A stretch of DNA of 64,000 bases from Hemiscyllium ocellatum (taxonomy: Eukaryota): contig NC_083403.1 in assembly GCF_020745735.1 (NCBI RefSeq), positions 74,743,003 through 74,807,002 on the forward strand, in the 5' to 3' direction. A program made the position numbers and the translations under genes. Below the pieces are notes generated by a model. The model had not been told where the DNA came from. It saw only the letters and a program-made list of their open reading frames with translations, and ran no database searches. Positions 26,594 to 40,143 of this stretch are shown piece after piece; position 1 is the stretch's first letter, and the number at the start of each line of letters is the position of its first letter.

Positions 26594-27494
26594 GTGCAAT
26601 TGTGTGATTGACTGTTATCTAGAATGGCAAAACAGGCTTGAGACGCTGAATGGTGTATTCCTGTCCCTATATTCAGTGAGCAGAAATTAGTGTCGGATAG
26701 CCATTGTGAGAGAAATCATTTTATTGTTTAGGACATGGAAAGTGAAGGAGACAGACTAGTTGAGCAAATCGGTCATTGTAGAAATATGATAAATAGAGGG
26801 CAAAGGCTAAATAGTTTGGATCTTGAACATGTAGTTGTGTGTGAATTGTGGATAATTTTTCCCAAGAACCGGTACAAAAGGAGTTGGGATTGGTGTGTTA
26901 AAGGGGATTGTATGTGGAGTGTAATACAAGAAATTGATCTGAAATGTTCCGAACTATGATGGATTAGCAAGGCCAAGAGGTCAAGGGCATGACTATTAGT
27001 ATATAGGTTGGGGAGTTTACATGGAGGGAAAGATTTAAGAAGCATTACAGCAAAGTGAATCCAGAGGGGAGCGAATGATTAATTGAAATGTATATTAAAA
27101 TGACCAATACTAAGAAGTCATTCAGGGCAGTGAGGGAGGAAAGCAATGAGGTTATCTCAGTGTTAAAAAGATCATAGGGTAAAGTAGATTAGTCGGGATC
27201 AGATGTAAAGCAGCAACCAAATTTCACCTGTAAATAAATTCAGAGATCATAAGTTATCTTGGCAAGGTTACACAAAAATTAGATTCTGTAAAATCTTGAT
27301 GGTAAATGTCAGCTTATTGTCTATGAGCTTCACTAAAATCAGAAGTGAGGGATCTTCGCTGATGATTACACACTTTTCAGTTCATTTTTGTAACTCCTCA
27401 TACTAAATCAGTCCCTGACAACTCTATGGTAAGTAATTCACTTTCTGAAACTCCACAGCTTGTCAACCGTTTGCAAGGAACAAGTCAAGAATGT

Positions 27495-27965
27495 GGCAGA
27501 ATGTTTGTACTTGGCTGGATAAGTATTAGCTCCAAGAATACTGGAGGAATTTGACTTCTTTCTGGATAAAGCACCTCCCTTGATTGCCATCCAGTTCACC
27601 ATATGAAGCATTCGCTCCCTTCGTCACTGATGCACAGTGGCACAATCTACATGATGGTCTACAGTGACTCATCAAGGCACCTTTTACAGCCATTACCTGT
27701 ATCATCTAGAAGGCTGAGGGTAACAGATGTATGGGAACAATAGCACCCTTGAAGTTCCCTTTCAAGCCATGCACTACCCTGACCTGGAATGACATCACTA
27801 TTCCTGTTGCTGGGTCAAAGTCTTCCTTTCTGCCAGCACTTAAGGTTTAACTGTACGAGATGTATGGCAGCAGTTCAAAATATGGCTTACCAACACAAAG
27901 GCAAATATGGATGAGCAACATATGTTGGCCATTTCAGCAACACTCATGTCTCCTGAGGTAATAAC
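27495..27965 (+). mobile_element. 3' fragment of the CR1/L2-group LINE seen at 44436-46980
   Basis: Similar to 46640-46980 and 56700-57180; further pieces at 23640-23830 (+), 32800-33215 (-) and 50300-50440 (+). Confidence 0.65.
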
Positions 27966-28177
27966 AAAAAAAAGTAGATGGGAGATCAATTTGGAGATCA
28001 TAGTAGCAAGTGATATTTCAATGCTGAATGAGGGTTGGTGTTTGAGGTTCACGGTCAGCTGAAGGATAAAAAGGTGATAGCAAGGTTGAAGAACACCAGA
28101 AAATCCAGAAGCAGCAAAGTTTTTTTTTAAGTCCAGTGATTTTAGTTTTGACATGGAGCAGAGTTTGTTGGGTGTTG

Positions 28178-28745
28178 CTGAATTAGTAATCCAGTGGTCA
28201 AGGCTAATACTCTGGGGACAAGCGTTTAACTCCCATGATGGCAGCTGGTGGAATTTAAATTTAGTCAGTAAAATCTGGAATTGAAAGCTAATGTGAGTAA
28301 TGATCATGATTTGGGCGGCAAGGTGGCTCAGTGGTTATCACTGCTGCCTCACAAAGCCAGGGACCTAGGTTCAATTCCACCCTTGGGGGACTGTCTGTAT
28401 GGAATTTGCGCGTTCTCCCCATGTCTGTGTGGGTTTTCTCTGGATGCTCTGGTTTTCTCCTACAGTCCAAAGAGGGACAGTTTAGGTCTAATTGACTATG
28501 CTAAATTGCCATCGTTTCCAGTGATGTGCAGGCTAGATAGGTTAGCTATGGGTAAGGGGAGGTTGTGAGGATAGGGTAAGGGAGTGGGTCTGGGTGGGAT
28601 GCTCTTCAGAGGGTCAATGTGGATCTGATGGGCTGAAAAGCCTGCTTCCACACTGTAGGGGTACTATGATTCTGTTATCAGTTATTATTAAGCCTCCATC
28701 ACGTTCACTGATAAATTTGGGGAGAAATCTTGCATTTTCCCATTG
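28178..28745 (+). mobile_element. Second tRNA-headed SINE family copy, interrupted by an HE1 SINE (28312-28675)
   Basis: tagtaatccagtggtcaaggctaatactctggggaca...ggcagctggtggaatttaaat matches the head at 44436; the body resumes at about 28690 after a full HE1. Confidence 0.75.
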
Positions 28746-30906
28746 CCATACCATTTCCCAGCATTGGCAACCTCAAAAGCGTCCATTGGATTGCTAATTG
28801 AAATACTTAAGGGGCATCCTTTGCTCCTGTCAGCATTTTACTGACATCAGGAGAAGTTGTCACCACAAAGGAAGACTGATAGGTAAGCAGTGATCCAGTT
28901 GGCTTTCTGTAGGGAGTAGTAAAATGAGCGTCTTTATGATATCTCCATGATCCATAACAAGGCTGTTTCCTTCTGCTAATGGCGATCCCAAGTGCCACCG
29001 GTAGAACAAGGATCCTTTGCCGATCAATTGTTAGGGTCTGCTTGCCTTGCCTGGAAACGATAGAGAAAAGTTTCCCTCATCTTTGAGGCTGTTTGCGCAT
29101 TGAGATATTGCCCCCTCACGTTGCAGCCTAACCACTAACAGTGATGCTGATGAGTTGCCAGCACTCTGATTTGGTTAAATATATAAATGGTAACTGCTGG
29201 ATGGTTTGGGAAGAATACCACTTCTCATAAAGTTCACACTTACAATTAATATGAAGTAATCAAGCTGGTGCTTTGTGGTGGTGATTTTCTTTTTGAACAG
29301 TTGGTACCTGAACTGATATAAACAGGAAAATTAGCAGATTTAAGCCAGTGCTTTTCAGTTTTATCTGTGCTCATAGTATTAGTTAAGATTTTATATCCTA
29401 TATAAATTATTCCATTCCCTGATGAGAGCACTTCTTAGAAACTGAACATTGGCAGTCTTATTCCTTTTCATGGGTAATGGTTGTTTAAAGCTGTCTTTGT
29501 TTAGATAAAAAAATAAATCACCCTTCAGTGCTGTTTCAGGATGTAACATGTGATGCCAGCACACTGTGTTCTTGAGCTTTATGTATGAATTCCCATGTGT
29601 TTCAGCAGTAATATATGCCAGGCATTACTGTAGTGTAGAACGTTGGATTGACTACAAAACCTAATTGACCTAACAACCATTGAAACAAAATATTGAAAAG
29701 TTTCTAAAATATAGAAGCAAAAGATACCTAAATATGTTTATCAGTGAATAACATTTATAGGCTTTAGCTAATATTTTAAATTGTCACTGTGGTTTATGAT
29801 CATTATCTGAATTTGAAGAGTAGCTTATTGCTTTATTACAGTTTGCTAGGTTGTGAAAGGTCTGGACAAAATGTTGCTTTTGCCTACAAGCATACACTGT
29901 ACAGTGTAGATGCATTAGATACAACTTTAATTTATGTCTGTTGAAGCCAGTTATATTCTTCAAGTCACTAGTTTTACACATTTGATCTATTTTTTGAATG
30001 AGTGAACTCAATGTAAGTAACATAGATATATCATTTGAGTGTAAATGGTAGAATCTGGAAAAAATGCATTCTTTCATAAGTCTTACAATTAGCTTAAACA
30101 AAATCTGTTAGCTGTTTAGATCACTGAAATCTTGCAGTAACAATGGTATAAACCACCCTGCAAAAAAGTGCACATGATAGTCAACATTATTAGGAGCACC
30201 TAATAAGTTAGCAAAGCCTCCGCATTTATTTTGTAATCAGTGACAATTGGGAAGTAAAAATATCATGGAGAAATTTATACGAAGTACATTTCAAAAAATA
30301 CAACCTCACCTAACAAATTGATGAGGCTAATCATAATTCCTGGTCTGGTCTAATTGATAATTCCATCTCAGTTCATTTCTTTAGAATGACCTGAAATTTC
30401 AGTCTTACAACATCCAGATGGTTCTTAAATAATTCTAGAGTTCATAGCATGCTTGCCAGATCTGAGTGCCCATTCTATGTGGGTTACTTTTTTGTGCAAA
30501 GAACTTTGTTGATTCTGCTGTATGACACAAACAATTTAATGCAGATAAATGTGATGTGATGCCCTTTTGAAGAAGTACAATAAAGAGGCACTATTTGGGG
30601 GAGGCAGCAAAACAGACGGACCTAGAGGAAAGTACACATAAATTGTTGAAGATCACATGAAAAATTGATAAGGCAATTAAGGAAGTGTATGACATACTCC
30701 ACATACTTGAATGGGTGACAGGGGAATCTAACTGAAGGACTATTTCGTAGAGCAAGTTGAACAAAGCTGTTTCCCTGGAGCCCATATTTGTCTTCTGTGA
30801 CATTCAAGTATGATCCCTTGTCCCATTTTCACAATGTAATTTTTTTCTTGATTTATCTTTTGCATTCTACTGTGTTGTTTGCCCCAATGGGGTGAACCTC
30901 TCATTT

Positions 30907-31152
30907 GCTGAGAGTGAGTTGCTGGAAAAGTGCAGTAGGTCAGGCAGCATCCAAGGAGCCGGAGAATTGATGTTTCGGGCATGAGCGCTTCTTCAGGAAT
31001 TCTGAAGAAGGGCTTCTCCTGAAGAAGGGCTCATACCCGAAACGTCGATTCTCCTGCTCCTTGGATGCTGCCTGACCTGCTGCGCTTCTCCAGCAACACA
31101 TTTTCAGCTCTGATCTCCAGCATCTGCAGTTCTCACTTTCTCCTAGAAGATT
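30907..31152. mobile_element. Mini fold-back PLE made only of inverted terminal repeats with hammerhead motifs on both strands
   Basis: Arms about 30907-31000 (-) and 31002-31152 (+); 14-bp TSD tgaacctctcattt at 30893-30906 and 31153-31166; plus-strand hammerhead core intact at 31017-31048. Confidence 0.9.
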
Positions 31153-31354
31153 TGAACCTCTCATTTACCTATTTCTTGCGCTGAAATATTTGATACTCTT
31201 TATAACCAAGCCCCTACTGCCAAGGCTTAGACTTGGGTGGGTCCTTTTATGCACTGGCTTCAATTTTTGTGCGTTGTTAGAACATGATAAAACATGCAGT
31301 CTGGCCAGAGTACTGTACCACCTGGTTAAGACTTCCTCTTCCTTATTCTTTACT

Positions 31355-31524
31355 CATGTGTTGCTGGAAAAGCACAGCAGGTCAGGCAGCATCCAAGGAT
31401 CCAAGCCCTGCTTATGCCCGAAGTGTCGATTCTCCTGCTCCTTGGATGCTGCCTGACTTGCTGCACTTTTCCAGCAACACATGTTTCAGCTCTGATCTCC
31501 AGCATCTGCAGTCTTCACTTTTTT
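31355..31524. mobile_element. Mini fold-back PLE terminus
   Basis: Short minus arm plus longer plus arm starting inside hammerhead stem II; 13-bp TSD cttattctttact at 31342-31354 and 31525-31537. Confidence 0.88.
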
Positions 31525-33499
31525 CTTATTCTTTACTAATTTGGTTATGTAGTTCAATGCATTGTTTGCAGCCCCATTTAGGAAAAAACAGGATTATTGA
31601 TCTGCCGATTTGCCATAAACTAAAGTGTGCTTCCTTGGCCATTCATCTTCCTCTGTATCAAGTTTGTTGAAATACATCTCTTAGTTTTTGAGACAAACTG
31701 AGGTGAAGACATTACTCTGATTTTCAGTGGCAGGGAATTTATTTCTCATGCAATCTGTGTTAGAAATCCAGAATTTTCTGTACCACCTGTGGGTACTGAG
31801 TCAATTGCATTTTTAAGACTAATACAAAAGAATGTGGCTCAAAGGGGTGGGTAAGTGGAGCTGAGGTGAAGATAAATCATAATCTAACTCATGACCGAAC
31901 AGATTTGAGGAACTGAATGGTCCATTCCTGTTCTAATGTTCCAAAGGTTATCGTTAATGTAACAGTAAAAGTTAATGGCCATCTGACATTAAGCCATCTG
32001 CAATTCCTAGAAAAGTTGTTTTGAGCAGTGTTAGTATTTTTAACTGACACGAACATCTAACTGATGATTTTCTCTCTTGTATTCAGCTGCATGGTTCCCA
32101 AAGAAATTACAATTGCCTAAAAATGTCAAAAAATGCTCTTAAAAATCACTTATATTTTATTTTCTCAGTGGTCTGTTTTCCATCAGAGGTCTCTGCTTGC
32201 AATGTAGTTCAAGCCGCAATTATTCTTGGTTCAATTATTTCCTAGAATTCTGGAAATCAACTTGAGATTGATAGAAGCCAAAAGAACAGTGGATGCTGTA
32301 AATCAGATACAGAAATGGTGAGAGAGCTCAGCAGGTCAGGCAGCATCTGTGGAGAGAAATCAGAGTTAATGTTTCAGATCAAGTGACTCTTTCTCAGAAC
32401 AGGGCCGCTAAGAGATCAGTTTAGAGGAAAAGGTGCAACGATTCCTTCATTGCATACCGAGGCAAAATATGTTGATTTGAAATCTGTGACTTGTGTATCT
32501 ATAAATTTATCATTTTGAATCTGCATCTTTTCACATATCTTTGTATCTAACTTGTTTGCGTAGGTAACATTTTTGACTCTGCTAATACTGAATGAGAAAA
32601 GTAAATAATTTTCCTTACTGATTCAAATTAGCAACTTGTAATATTAATCAGCAAATATCCTACAGAAGCCTACTCAACACGCTCCACTTGCATCTGATCA
32701 CAACATTGAATTTGATTGCCACTCTGTTTTTGACAGGTAGATTTAGTTCAACTAAATAATTTGGCCCATTTCTGATGTTGTTTTTTTCATGAAATATGGA
32801 AATGTCCATTGGTATGATGAGCTGTCTTCTTGAACCACTGCAGTTTATGGACAGTTAGGAAGGGAATTCAAGAATTTTGACTTCGCAACAGTGAAGTAAT
32901 AGTGTTGCAGTCCTGACCAGGATAGTGTGTGGTTTAGAAGGGAACTTGAGAGGTGACATTCCCATTTTTCTACTGTCTTTTCCTTCTGGGTTCAAACGGT
33001 CATGGGATTTAAAGGCACTATTGAAGGTGCCATGGTGCCATGCCATTGTGCAGTGGTGGTGGTTAGAGTGAATGTTGAAGATTTTGGGTGGGGTACCAGT
33101 CAAGGTCGTTTTGTCCTGGCTGCACCCATCCAGGCAAGAGGAGGGCATTGCATCACATTCCTCATTTGTGCCTTGCGGATGGTGGATGGATATTTAAATA
33201 ATGGGACTCTGATATGAGGTTGTCTTCCCTTTTCTTCCCTATGTGATTGGCTCCAGCATGGGCCACAGCCCTGGAATTTCATCCTTCCTTTCCACGTTCC
33301 TCAACAGTGTCTCTGAGATATCTTTTACCTTTGGACCAAGTGGGCAGTGTGCCTTTTCAGTTGGTTAGTCCTCACTGCAGTTTCCCCATATTATTGACCT
33401 TGCTATGATGACGATCTTTCTGTTGTACACTTTTTCCCACTCCTTGATCTGCAACCGACACACTGTATCTGTTGGATAGGACCAATACCAGTTTTTCTT

Positions 33500-33815
33500 T
33501 GGTTCAGTAGTTAGCACTGCTGCCTCTCAGTGCCAGGTGCCCGGTCCCGATTCCAGCCTTGGGTGCCTGTCTGTGTGGACGTTCCCTGGGTCTTTGTGGG
33601 TTTCTGTCGGCTGCTCCAGTTTCCTCCAACAGTGAAAAGATGTGCAAATTAGTTGGACTGGCCATTCTAAAATTTGCTGTTGTATCCAGGAATGTGCAGG
33701 TTAGGTGAATTAGCTATGGTAAATGTGGGATTATGGGGATTTGGTGGGATGCTGTTCGGAGTGTTGGTGAAGATGAGCTGAATGGCTTCTGTCATGTGGA
33801 GATTCTATGATTCTA
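33500..33815 (+). mobile_element. Diverged HE1-type SINE
   Basis: ttagcactgctgcctctcagtgccagg head, HE1 body and (attctatg) tail. Confidence 0.8.
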
Positions 33816-34059
33816 TAAATGACTGCAAAGATTATGGAGGCAATAGTTAGAGTTAGATTTTGGACAAGTCCCAGTAGATTGGAAAGTAGCACATTTAATA
33901 CTTTCATTCAATACAAGAGGGCAAGTTAAAGCAAGAAACTTTGGTCACTTACCTAATATCTGTCAAAAGGAAGCTGCTAGAATGTATGAATAAGGAATTC
34001 ATAGCAATATCCACAAATCTTAATGAGGTTAGGTAGCGTAAACATGCTTTTGTGAAAGG

Positions 34060-36467
34060 AGAAAGTGAGGACTGCAAATGCTAGAGATCAGAGTCAAAAA
34101 ATGTGGCACTAGAAAAGCACAGCAGGTCAGGCAGCATCCGAGGAGCGGGAGAGTCGACATTTCTGGTATAAACTCTTCACCAGGAGTGAGTGAGTGAGTG
34201 AGTGAGTGAGTGAGTGAGTGAGTGAGTGAGTGAGTGAGTGAGTGAGTGTGTGTGTGTGTGTGTTTTGGGGGGTATGCACCAAGGGGCTGAGATATAAATA
34301 GAAGGGTAGTGGAGCTGGGGGGTGTGGGGTTGGTGGCGGAGGCGACCAATAGATATAGGTGGGGGGTGTTGGTGATAGATAGGAGTGGAGGGTGGAGCGG
34401 AAAGGTGGGGAGGAAGATGAACAGGTAGGACAGTTCAGGAAGGCTGTACCGAGTTAGAGGGTTGGATCTGGGGGAGAGGCGAGATTAGGAAACTGGTGAA
34501 ATTGACATTGATGCCGTGTGGTTGGAGTGTCCCAAGATGGAAGATGAGGCGTTCTTCCTCCAGGCGTTGGGTGGGTTGGATTTGGTCGTGGAGATGGCCC
34601 AAGACTTGCATGTCCTTGGCGGAGAGGGATGGGGAGTTGAAGTGGTCGGCCACAGGATGGTGGGGTTGTTTAGAGAAATGTTCTCTGAAACATTCCACAT
34701 GTTGGTGTCCTGTCTCCCAAATGTAGAGGAGACCACATCAAGAACAACGGTCACAGTAGATGAGGTGTTTGGATGTGCAGGAAAATCTCTGTCGGTTGTG
34801 GAAGAATCCTTTGGAGTCCTGGATGCAGGTGAGGGGGTAGGTGTGGGTGCAGGTTTTACACCTCTTGCGGTGGCATGGGTGGGTGCCAGGAATGGAGGGT
34901 GGGTTGATTGTGGGTGTGAACCTAACGAGGGAGTCACGGAGGGAATGGTCTCTGTTGAATGCTGAAAGGGGTGGGGAGGGAAATATATCTCTAGTGGTGG
35001 GGTCTGACTGTAGGTGGCGGAAGTGGTGGAAGATGAGTTGAATCTGGAGATCAGTGGGTGGAAGGTGAGGAGCAAGGGGTTTCTATCCTTGTTGCGGTTG
35101 AAGGGATGGGGTTCAAGGGCAGAAGTGGAGGAGATGCACTGGAAGGCATAGTTGACCATGTTGGGGATATTTCAGTCTTTGAAATAGGAGACCATCTGGG
35201 ACGTTCTGGCGTGGAATTGCTCCTCCTGGGAGTAGAGGCGGCAGAGGCGAAAGAATTGTGAGTAAGGAATAGTGTTTTTGCAGGATGGGGGAGCGGTGGG
35301 AGGAGGTTAGCCCAGGTAGCTGTTGGAATCTGTGAGTTCGAAGTAGATGTTTCATGTTGAGTTGGTCACCAGAAATGGAGATGGAGAAGTCCAGGAAGGG
35401 GAGAGAGATGTCCAAGATAGTCCAGGTAAACCTGAGGGTAGGATGGAAGGTGGTTGTGAAGTTGATGAACTGTTCAACCTCCTCATGAGAGCACGAGGTG
35501 GCGCCGATGCAGTCAACAATGGAGCAAAGGAAAAGGTGGGGAAGGTGCCCATATAACTATGGAAGATGGACTGTTCCACATACCTAACAAAATGGAAGAC
35601 ATAGCTGAGACCTATGAGGGTGCCAGTGGCTACCCCTTGGTCTGAAGGAAGTGGGAGGATTCAAAGAAGAAGTTGTTGAAGGTGAGGACCAGTTCAGCCA
35701 ATCGAATAAGTGTGTTGGTGGAGGGGTACTGGTTGGATTGGCGAGAGAGGAAGAAACCGAGTGCTTGGAGGCCTTTGTCATGGCAGATGGCCATGTACAG
35801 GAACTGGCTGTCCATGGTGAAGATGAGGCATTGGGGGCCTGGGAAGCGAAAGTTATGGAGGAGGTGGAGGGCATGGATGGGTGTTCCAAATGTATGTGAG
35901 GAGTTCCTGGACAAAGGAGAACAGGACATTGTCAAGGTATGAGGAGATAAGTTCTGTGGGGCAGGAGCAGGCTGAGACAATGGGTCGCCGGGGTCAGTCA
36001 GGTTTGTGAATCTTCGGTAGGAGGTAGAATTGGGCAGTGTAGGGTTCACGGACGATGAGGTTGGAGGCTGTGGATGGGAGATCCCCTGAGGTGATGAGGT
36101 TATGCATGGACTGGGAGATGATAGTTTGGTGATGGGAGGTGAGATTGTAGTCGAAGTGGCAATAGGGGAAGGTGTCTGTGAGTTAGCACCTGGCTTCAGC
36201 GGTGTAGAAATCGGTGTGTCAAACTACCACTGCGCCCCCTTGTCTGTTGGAATAGGTAGGGTAGGAATGAAGGACTACGCGTTGCGAGGGTGAGAGGTTG
36301 GAATGGGTGAGGGATGGACAGATTGAGGCAGACAATGTCACTGTGGCATTTGGCAGTGAAGGGATCGAGGGCAGCTAACAGACGATCACAGGGTGTCCAA
36401 GTGGATGGGGTATGTTGGACGCGGGGCAAAGGGGTCCTTGGAGGGTGGGTAGGAATCCTGATGGAAA
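34060..36467 (-). mobile_element. Penelope-like element, long decayed copy (RT + GIY-YIG + terminus)
   Basis: QFYLLPKIHKPD.PGDPIVS, FTMD..LY, LAELVLTFNNFFFESSHFLQTKG, SLPFLD and FREH...HFNSP...EEERLIFHLGTLQPHGIN; 10-bp TSD ttgtgaaagg at 34050-34059 and 36468-36477. Confidence 0.92.
34184..34263. repeat. Compound microsatellite (GAGT)n-(GT)n
   Basis: Read directly; abuts the hammerhead-like motif of the PLE terminus. Confidence 0.95.
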
Positions 36468-39400
36468 TTGTGAAAGGCAAATTGTGTTTAATTTATTATT
36501 TATTGCTGTTTTACTGCAGTTGTGCAGAGCTTTAGTGAAAGTACATCCAAAGTACTTTGTACAGTTATGGTCACCTTGTTTGAAAAATGGTTGTGTTAGA
36601 AACAGTTCAAAGAAGATTCATGGGACTCATTCCCAGGGTGGACTTGTTTTATGAAAGATAGGCTCAGCCTGGTCAACTATCTCCACCCACTTTAGAAGAG
36701 TGAGAGCTGATCCTATTGAAACATATAAGATCTTGGGGGATCTTGATAGGATAGATACCAGGGAATTATTTCCTCTTGTGGGAAAGGCAAGTTTCTAAAG
36801 CATCATTGGCTTGATGTATATTTATTGCAAAGTCAGATTTTTTTGTTCATTCTCACTGATGTAATTGTAAAGGTTCAAAAAATGGTTAGAAAGGCATTGA
36901 GGGAACATTTTCCCTAAAAAGAAACAAAAACAGAATAAAGTCTTCCAGTTTTACTCCAAAGTAATAAACAGTTATGCTTAGGATGAAGTCTCAAGCTTTT
37001 GGCCATTTTGATTTGCCAGTGAAAAGCAAGCATTTATTACTCTTATCGTAAACACACATGAAAGAGACTTTTGTGGCCTCCCTACTCTCTGTCTCTTTCT
37101 GTTTAATAACAATTTGATTATAAACCCAGGAGGTTTATTTGACCGAATTTATTGTCCTGCACTATAATGCTTTGTCCATCTGGCTTTTTAATATTGTGCT
37201 TTTTAAAACAATGGGTCATCAAATTTTATTTAGAAGGAAAAATCAGTACCTTCAGCTCTGTCACTTTCCTTTCATCTCACATCATTTCATTGCCTATGAA
37301 GTCTTCACTTACTAAAAAAGCAATATCAAGCACATCTGATAAAGTAGAAGCTGAGAGCTATGTGGTCAGATTGAATATCACTCATGGCTTTTTTCTATGA
37401 CTGCAATAAAATCTTTGGGATTAAATTCTCAAGATACATGGCTGGGTTTAACTGCTCCGAAAGAAGTTTATAGCAATCATAAATGAGCTACTGTTTAACA
37501 CTCAAGGCGGTTCAGTCTGCATTTTGAAAAGATTCTGTCCAGCGGTGGCATGCTACAGTAGCACACATGTTGGCGATAGTTCTTTGCTGTAATGTTTCCC
37601 CAAGCAAAAGGCAGTAGATGCTGTGTCTGGAAACAATGAACATGCAGAACATTGAATAAAAGGGAACATTAGCACTGATGAAGATACAACAGGTTTAGTG
37701 AAGCTTAAGGTCTGGTTTGAAAATTAAAAGCTCATGCGATCCAACAGTAAGTGGGAGAAGAGTGGTTATTATGTTTGACGGGTACTTTGTGACTGGAAGG
37801 CTGTTTCCAGTGAAGTTTCTCGTGGTTCAATACTGGATCCCTTGCAGAGGAGCATGTTTAAGAACTTTGCAGATGTTGCAAAAAATAGCACTGTGTTTGT
37901 TAGTGAGGTAAAAAGCTGTAGACTGCAAGAAGCTTTTAGATATTGGGGTCTCTAATAACTGAATTTTCTTAGTATTTACCATGTAAAATGAGATTTTGTT
38001 TAACAGCTATTACAGCAGTACTTAACTTTCCAAAATTCCCTTATATGAAAACAAAAGTGAAGGAAAATGAAGAGCACTGAGGTCTTGATGCCCATCGAAC
38101 CAGCATCAACAATTTATCTGGTGCCAATTGTGCTCTATTGTCAGTGGGTTGGTTTTGAAAGTAAGAACTATATTCTTTAGAAAGAATGATAAACTAACCC
38201 TCAGCTGAAGGCGGGTAAGGGAATAACAGTCATTTTACATTGAGTAGCTGTCCGATAGACATTGAGCAAAACGGTTCAGACAGATTGACCCGCAGAAAAT
38301 AACCTGGCTCTAGAAATGTGACATAACAATCAACGTTCGGGGCATAGGGATATTCTTATTAGTGTGTGCTCATCAGTCAGTACTAAGGGAGCTGTTTTCT
38401 TAAATGGAACAAGAATCAGAAGAGGAGGAAGATGCAGGAAAGAGTTCCCTAACGTCTTGACTAGAAAGTGAGTTGCTGCCCCACTGTCTTAACCAGACCA
38501 AACATTCAATGCCAGTAGCCTGTTTGTCTTCTGGTATCAGTGAACCATCTCCAGTTGTTGTTATTGTATATTTTCTTCATTTAATTGACTAATGTATCTT
38601 CTCTAAACTGCTGCTTAAACTCAATAAACTATTGGAAAATTGGTACAAATTGTCGACTACTTACATGAAGTAACTGTGATCATGAATTCCCTAAAATTGT
38701 CAAACCTGTCAATGGTGAACATTTGCATATGACCATGCACAGATATGCTAATGCCTCACAGCTTAGTCTAGCCATCAGTTATCTTGGAACACCTTGCCAT
38801 TGGATCTGCTAAGAATGTAGGATTATTGGTAATGAAATCATGCACAGGCACCTCCCACTCCTCAAAATGAGATTTGGGAGGGTTCCCTCACTAGGATCTT
38901 CATGGGCAGTTCTAACAGTGACAGACCTGAATACTGCACTGTCACCATAGACCAGGTACTTTAGTCTCTCAACATGGACATTGCCAGTGTTAAATGAGAC
39001 ATCATGCAAGAGAAGGCCAACCGAAGAAGCAAGGCAATACATGCAACTTTCCATGCAAGAACCTTTCAGAAGAAAAATGACATCTTCACAGGGTGGATGG
39101 ACTTTGCCATCAGATATGAGCTTGCTTGTTGGCTGAGCAGACCTGCCTATGGAATAATCAGATGCCAAATGCCTATCTGACTCACCCTAATGAGAAATCA
39201 ACATGTTACTGTTCTCAGCGCATACATACACTGCTACATCTCTGGCAACAGTTGAGACCAGGCAGGTATTCTCCAGCGAACTTGAGCAATCCCCAGCCTG
39301 AGTTCTAACAGGCAACAAACTAATCCTCCTCAGGGTTTTCAACACTGGAACCTCAAAGACAGCAAATCTCTGGAAGAATGTGCTTGCAAAGAGAGACTAT

Positions 39401-40107
39401 CCCCTTGTCTACCACAGGGAAGATCATTGCTAGAATCCTCCTCAACTGCCCACTTCTATGGTCGAGGAACTTAATTCAGAATTGAGTATAGTTTTTATGT
39501 GTCAAGGGGCATCTTTGGCCTGATGTTTACTGTGTGCAAGAAATAGCACTAAAAGCTGTACATGATTTTTTTGCCCTTATGAAGGCCTTTTAACACTTAC
39601 CAATTTCGAAGGCTTATCAAATCCTCCTCAAATTTGGTTGCCCTCAGAAATTTGTCATTGCCCACTTTCCATGAATGCACTAACAGATCTAAGTGGGGAA
39701 AAAAAGAGTCAAGGAAAGCTTTGTCATTATGCCAGCTCTTCATTTTTATTTTGCTGTAAGGTTACATCTTTGCTATATTCTAAAGGACAGGAACTGTTCA
39801 ATTTATGTAGCCTTCAAATCCAAAACCAAAATACTCCTCCACCATTCAGGTGAAGTTTGTGTGTTTGCTCACTTAGAAACTGAGCTGAAGTCATTGCCAA
39901 CTCTTTCTCTGAAGCACCCAGAAAATTAAGGTCCTTTTCCAACACGTTGCCACAGCACAACAGCATCCCCCTTTCATTTAAGAGTACTGGTGAGAAGCTG
40001 TAAAGTGTGGACCATTTCCCATATTTAGTAAGCCTTCTTTGTATGAAAGCTGAAAATGTGTTGCTGGTTAAAGCACAGCAGGTTAGACAGCATGCAAGGA
40101 ACAGGAA

Positions 40108-40143
40108 ATTCGACGTTTCGGGCTAGAGCCCTTCATCAGGAAT
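40108..40143 (-). ncRNA. Minimal type I hammerhead ribozyme motif (intact core, 4-bp stem I)
   Basis: Minus strand attc-CTGATGA-a-gggc(tcta)gccc-GAAACGTC-gaat. Confidence 0.82.

Larger units (their letters stand above)
33818..36790 (+). mobile_element. Old CR1 RT fragment split by the PLE at 34060-36467
   Basis: GQVPVDWKVAH, then .HAFVKG|K.CL reading across the insertion, then YFVQLWSP. Confidence 0.7.

Noticed and set aside
27381-27428. 48-nt in-frame segment with ttttcag and gtaagt boundaries
   Set aside because: Weak pyrimidine tract and no similarity to TRMT11 (FIFVTPHTKSVPDNSM); such pairs arise by chance.
38200-39560. Possible ancient DNA-transposon (Harbinger-like) remnant; similar GC-richer patches at 19480-19770, 48470-48740 and 57960-58600
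   Set aside because: No TIRs, TSDs or protein motifs that I can demonstrate by eye.
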